From Amoebophrya sp. A120 (lineage: Eukaryota > Protista > Dinoflagellata): a DNA stretch of 64,000 nt. The stretch covers positions 2,673,513-2,737,512 of the forward strand of contig CAJINV010000004.1 in NCBI GenBank assembly GCA_905178155.1, in the 5' to 3' direction. The notes under the pieces were generated by a model. The model was not told the origin of the DNA. It saw only the letters and a list, made by a program, of their open reading frames with translations, and did no database searches. Below, piece after piece: positions 59,127 to 64,000 of the stretch; position 1 is the first letter of the stretch; the number at the start of each line of letters is the position of its first letter. The translations under genes were made by a program, and so were the position numbers.

Positions 59127-61686
59127 CTACAACTCGTGCACCATGCCGTCGGGCGGCTTCAAGTCTGCCAGCCCGTTGCGCCACATCATGAACTGCCAGA
59201 CCTCGTTGTCCTTCTTCGCCCAATCTGGTCGCTTGTTCGCGTACTCTTTCACCGGCGACCACTCCGCGTGCCCGGTCTTCAAGTCCACATCCACTTCCGC
59301 CGGAACTTGCTGCATGTACCGTGCCAGTGAACGCATGTTTCCCGTTATCCAGGAAAAAAACTGTGTAAGTGTGAGCTTCTTGGAAGAATAGCATCACAAG
59401 ATTGCTCCGCATGACACAGAAAACCTGTCATGCGTAGCTAGTACGTGAAAAGGAAAACACGCACGAAAATTGCCTCTGATGCATGTCCAGCACGACAAGT
59501 ATAACAGTTTTGCATTTTCTGCAACACAAGTTTACACTTACACAGTTTTTTTCTTGGATACCCGTGTCCGGCTTCAACCGCAGGGTTTCCGGGTACACCT
59601 CGTAGCTTATGAGAGTGCACAACCCGACGTCCCCCTCGCCCTCCCACCGCCCCTCATTTGGTATGCAAAATCCCAAATCCACTCTTTGCCCTGTGGCACT
59701 TCTTCCATGCCAGACTCCCGAAGCCCAAACAGCATTAGAATCGGTCGCGCTGGACTTGTCTTGCAAAACCTGCATCTGTGCCAGCACTTGTGTTGCTGTT
59801 GTTGCCATCCAGGTGCAAATGAGAGAGGCGGAGTAATTGTACTTGTAGTTGTGCACTCTCATATAGCTCAGCGGGGGCGGCGCGCCGGAGCCCGGGGGAA
59901 ACTTATCCTTCAGCTCCTTCGGGTACAAAAAGTCGACCCAATCCCGACACGCGTTGGGCCATTTTTCACAGGCGGATTTGTTCGCCAAACTGTCCAAATC
60001 ATTCGGGTCCTGGGCGGTGTGTCGTGTGGTGACAGAAGAGGACGACCCGATCACTTCGCGGAGCTTTTTGTACAGCAACGGAATGCCGATCGGCCCGTTG
60101 TCGGGCGGTTTCGTCGCGCCGGAAGACAACCGCGTCACTGGGTACTGCGGGACGCTTTCCTTTCCCAGATTTGCCAGCGCCGCGGTTTCGTCCGCCGACT
60201 CGTCGATCTCCTGCTGCGGTGGGTGCAACTGGCTGGTCGGGTTGTTTGCATCTGCTGCATTTGCATTTGCGGCACTTGTAGCTCCGGCCATAGAAGTAGT
60301 ACCAACACGACTCGGATCGTCGTCGGCAGTGGTGCTATCCGTTATCGAGGGCGCGACGATCCGGACGGCGGAGACCGTGCCGCTTTCCGGCAGTAACTCC
60401 ACGTCGCTTCCGCCACAGAGCTTGGTGAAAATTCGGGTGTCGTCGTCGTCGGAGAGGTAATTCCAGGGCGACGCCACGGTCGTCATGGTCCAGTGCGTGC
60501 ACTTGGGGGTGTTCTTGCACAACACCGCGGCATCCCTCGCCTCAAACACGTTGGGCGCGACGCGGAGGGTCTCGTGGCACGCAGTCTTCGCGTTCGCGAA
60601 GAGGAGCGTGCCCGGGTCGACGGGGTGCGGCGGCAGGTGCAGGGAGTCCTATGCATGGCAAATGTGTCTGGATCTGGAAGAGTCCGAGATTTGTCATGCA
60701 GTTTTTCCAAGCTCCACCAACTTTGGAGTGCAGGGCGTACTTAGCATCACAGGTTCTGCGGTGCCTTGGTAGTGCCTATTCTGCATGAGAAATGCCCTCT
60801 CAGCATGGCCAGAATTAGAAATGCAAATGAGCAGCACCGTTTGCAAGTCATGCAACACAGATTTTTGTGTGATCCCCAAGACGCATCACAAGTTCGTACT
60901 CTTCCAGACCACCCAGACACATTTGCATCTAATAAGTCCCGGGCCTTCACGAGTCCGGCGTGGAATTTCTTCTCCACCTCCGTCGCCTCCTCCGGTATGG
61001 GGCTCTCAAACGTTACACTCTCAACTGTTGCAAAAATTTGTCATGCAAAAACAGCCAAACTGAAAGGGGGATCCATCCGTGTCTTGCATTACAGATGATT
61101 TGGCACGGATTCCTAATGGTAATTTTGCATCACAAACTCATGCAACAGTTGAGAATGTAACGCTTGAGAATCCCATATCCGGCAGCGGCGGGTTGCGGTA
61201 GTCCGCCCGCAGGACCCGGTCGTAGTGCTCTCCAGAGGTGACATTCTCATCCGAGTCCAGATCAAACCTGGTCCCCTCCATCAGGGTGACGCTCTGCCGC
61301 TTCGAGTCCCACGCAAAGTACCGGCAGCGGGGCGCCTTGTCGCAGAGAAGGCTGGCGTCGTTGAGACTTTTCACCTCGTTCTTGGTATCGACGTACTTCC
61401 CGTGCGTCGTGTCCGGCACGGCTTTGAGCCCCTTCAACAGCAGCGGCTTCTCGAAAAAGTCCGCGTACTTCAGCGTGAAATGCCGCCGCAGCGTTTCCTG
61501 CCGCTCGCGGCGCTGCTGCGCGGGGGAAACGCCGTCTGGCGTGGTGGGCGAGGGCGGCCTGATACTCTTCGCCCCGATTGGGGGGTAGAAATCCGGCGCC
61601 AGCGAATGGCTCTGCAGGAAAGCGCCGAGGCCTTGACCCATAGTTGATTGGAAGTGGTGAAAGAGGGAGTTGTTGACTCCCCCCAA
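59127..61686 (-). CDS. Protein with two PAN/apple-like Cys motifs, at least 5 exons; start uncertain
   Basis: ASLLCDKAPRCRYFAWD and AAVLCKNTPKCTHWTM resemble the PAN core CxxxxxCxxF; joins PPLSY|EVYP and DTG|NMRS checked in frame; four introners delimited. Confidence 0.6.
59346..59560. mobile_element. Introner, J-related
   Basis: TIR TATCCA.GAAAAAAACTGTGTAAGTGT; TSD CCCGT. Confidence 0.92.
59608..59863. mobile_element. Introner, family B
   Basis: TIR TATGAGAGTGCACAAC; TSD TAGCT. Confidence 0.92.
60650..60934. mobile_element. Introner, family C
   Basis: TSD AGTCC. Confidence 0.92.
60996..61177. mobile_element. Introner, family K
   Basis: 37-bp TIR TATGGG..TCTCAA.CGTTACA.TCTCAACTGTTGCA; TSD TCCGG. 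Confidence 0.92.
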
Positions 61687-62493
61687 ACAAGCGTTTTATT
61701 AAGAAATTACAAAAAATACGACAGCGGGGAATCTCAAGATATTACTTTCTAGCCGAACCTCCCTTCGCGGCGGCACAATAGCATAAAAGAGGTCCGTGAA
61801 GATACGTAGAAACCACAAGCCGTACGAGCCGACTCGGGGCGACTTGATGATGTCGCGGCTATGATCGGTAACAACATGTCGAGAAACCACGAGAGAGATG
61901 CTGGTTTGTGACTCTTTTGTCTTTGTTGGTACTCAATGCAACTCACGACCTCTGCAACTTCATCGCACAGTTCCAATACACGTTCACCATCCTCACAGGC
62001 GAAATTCGAACTACCTTGAAGCAGAGTCGGCACGTGCAATCGAGACAAAAATTCCGAAAGAGGACGACGACTGCTCGTGCACACTCAATTGATTCCGCAC
62101 CAGCGCGAAGTAATGCTGCTTGCCGAATAATACGAAGTAGAACACTATCTCCTTCACGCCCTGGCGCTTGCTTCCCAGGCGAGTGCGTCACTTACACAGA
62201 TTGTGATATCTTAGAACCAACTACAATGAACATCCGGTACCTTAAACTCAAAAGTTTTTCATCTTCGCGACCCCAAGAGGACATGATCAATCAGCATGCA
62301 ACCTCCCGTCAAGGAAGTGCGTCGGTTGTAGCAGTCATAATCACATCCCATATGATGTAGTGCGGGATGTTCTTTTTATGATTATGATCCATGTCTACCG
62401 CCGCACGCACAGTCAGAAGCAGGGGCGCCCTACTCATTATCCAATTCCTACCAGATGACCCGCATGCGCTGACGCCGACAGGCTTTTTCTTGC

Positions 62494-63665
62494 TGTCGAA
62501 TCAAATTGCGTCGCACTACCCCTCCATCTGCATCTGTCCAGGAGGCACCCCCCCCACTACCAGTCTCCCCCTTTGCTCCTCCGTCTGTTACTGCTGTACA
62601 ACGGCACCGGCGTGGGAGGAAGTGGTCCGGCCGCAGCGACAAGACCCGTGGACGGCCGGAAGCTCGGGATGTTGTCGCTGGACAGATGAAGATCCCAGAG
62701 CTGTTGCGCCGCGCCCTTAAAGTACACCATCAACGCGTCCACCAGCATGTAGTCGATGGGGGGGGGCGAGGCCGGTAGTGTGGAAGAGGACGGCATTACT
62801 AGTGTTCTTCGGGAGATCGAGCCGCTGCTTGATCTTACTGCTGAAAGCTGTGCTGATATCCTTCTTGGCTGCGAGCGTAAAGTAGGGGAAGGTCACCACC
62901 GAAATGGAGGTGACTGCTGGATAGGCGAAGGCGTTCATCAACATGATCAGCTGCTTGACCCCCCACCCCTTCTCTGTCTGTAGGAAGTCAAACTCCTTGC
63001 CGACCTTGCGCAGCACCTCCTTCGCGTGAGCCCTGAAATTCATAGTGCCATCATAAATAACTCCGAGGCTTCTGCCTGTACCTGTAGCCGAAACTGTGCT
63101 TGGCTTTTCTGCGTCATACATAATTCTGGAGTGCTTTGCTGCATCAAAAAATATCTTCTTCTGTAGCCCCTTCGCTTTCATGACACTGGGCACCTTTTCT
63201 GCCCCTGGGGATTCGTCTACGACCACCGTTATGTCATCAGAATACGCACTCAATACTTTTACGCACTGTCAAGTATGTTATCCAACAATTTCGAAAAAAC
63301 ACTACACAAACTCACTGGCCTCATCAACATCTCCAAGAAACATCCTCCCTCCACCTTCGGAACAGCAGCCATGGAAATCAGGTGGCCGACGTTCGGGTAG
63401 CATCCAAACTCGACAAAGGACGCAAGGCACTGGAAGATCGCCCACCACATCCTGGGGCCGCTGTTCATGATCAGCTCGTGGGTCGTCATACAGAATCCCG
63501 GCGTCCTTCCCTTCTCAAGTTTCCGGACTGCGGCCTCCAGTTCCTGGAACTTCAGTGGTCCTCTCCAGGGTTCCTCTCCAGGTAGGCTATTCGTGTCGAA
63601 TCAAATTGAGTCGTACTACCCCTCCATCTGCATCTGTGTCGTACTACACCTCCATCTGCATCTGC
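62494..63665. repeat. 44-bp direct repeats bracketing the RT remnant (62494-62537, 63594-63637, partial third copy ~63638-63665)
   Basis: TGTCGAATCAAATTG(C/A)GTCG(C/T)ACTACCCCTCCATCTGCATCTGT. Confidence 0.88.
62557..63575 (-). pseudogene. Non-LTR (LINE-like) reverse transcriptase remnant
   Basis: RT0 FQELEAAVRKLEKGRTPG; RT1-2 VPK..MRPVSLCSVFSKLLDNIL; then directly RT5 AYSDDITVV and RT7 LGVIYDGTMNFRAH; stop at 63259 and frameshift in the G-run at ~62760. Confidence 0.85.
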
Positions 63666-64000
63666 ATCCGGCCTGCAAGAACCAACCAACGCTGGGAGCC
63701 AGCGGCGACCCCACACTCTCCCCCCCGCATGACAAACGCCCTTCCCGCATGATGTGGACCCATCTGTTCCTGTCTAGAATGGGCGGGGTTCTCCATTTTT
63801 CTGGATCTTTACTGAAAGGTAAGGGGGCCACTTTCTAAAAGAAAAGCAAGCCTTGTTCGTCAGATAGGACGAGGACGCTCATTTTTCTGGATCTTTCAAG
63901 CCACTGCCTTTTGTAAAACGTTCTCAATTTAAGAGAAGTACAACAATAAGCCGAGCGAAGTAAGCTAGAACCTAATCTAACAAAAAGCGCAAATGGCTTG

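Noticed and set aside
23798-60460. Long plus-strand ORFs (e.g. 23798-24571, 32121-32750, 59470-60396)
   Set aside because: Antisense shadows of GC3-rich minus-strand exons with no recognisable motifs.
1169-61177. TA target duplication (Tc1/mariner-type) interpretation of the element ends
   Set aside because: The TA belongs to the inverted repeat; retaining it breaks the frame (e.g. at 1169), while a separate 5-bp repeat flanks the elements.
1-64000. Dinoflagellate spliced-leader relics, tRNA, rRNA or snRNA genes, or an autonomous transposase
   Set aside because: No CCGTAGCCATTTTGGCTCAAG-like word, cloverleaf or DDE-type ORF seen by eye; a covariance-model or HMM scan could still find divergent ones.

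Overview
Eukaryotic genomic DNA, not prokaryotic. Its gene architecture resembles what I recall being published for the parasitic syndinian dinoflagellate Amoebophrya; that assignment is inferred, not verified by search. Every gene I could reconstruct lies on the minus strand: an eIF5A-like fragment, a FAS1 protein, a CCCH zinc-finger protein, a long low-complexity protein, LSm3, MRE11, an ATD/DTD2-type tRNA deacylase, a SAM methyltransferase, CDC50, a DUF707-like protein, a PAN/apple-like protein and several unknowns. The genes are interrupted by 54 hand-delimited 108-351 bp elements from about 11 sequence families. Nearly all run TAT...ATA with terminal inverted repeats (TIRs) and are flanked by a 5-bp direct repeat (target-site duplication, TSD), which is degenerate in about a quarter of them. 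Removing the element plus one repeat restores the reading frame, and most cannot be given GT-AG ends, so they are non-canonical introner introns. The families have unrelated TIRs but share an internal GCAT(G/T/C)ACAA motif in both orientations. I did not find this motif in the two canonical introns or in two 1.2-1.3 kb intergenic TIR elements that have the same 5-bp TSD. Other notable features are a 46-bp repeat recurring every 1.1-1.4 kb with CTTCWGAAG palindrome arrays between copies (28-31.8 kb), a foldback-like repeat at 4 kb, and a deleted non-LTR reverse transcriptase at the right end. All coordinates were read by eye.
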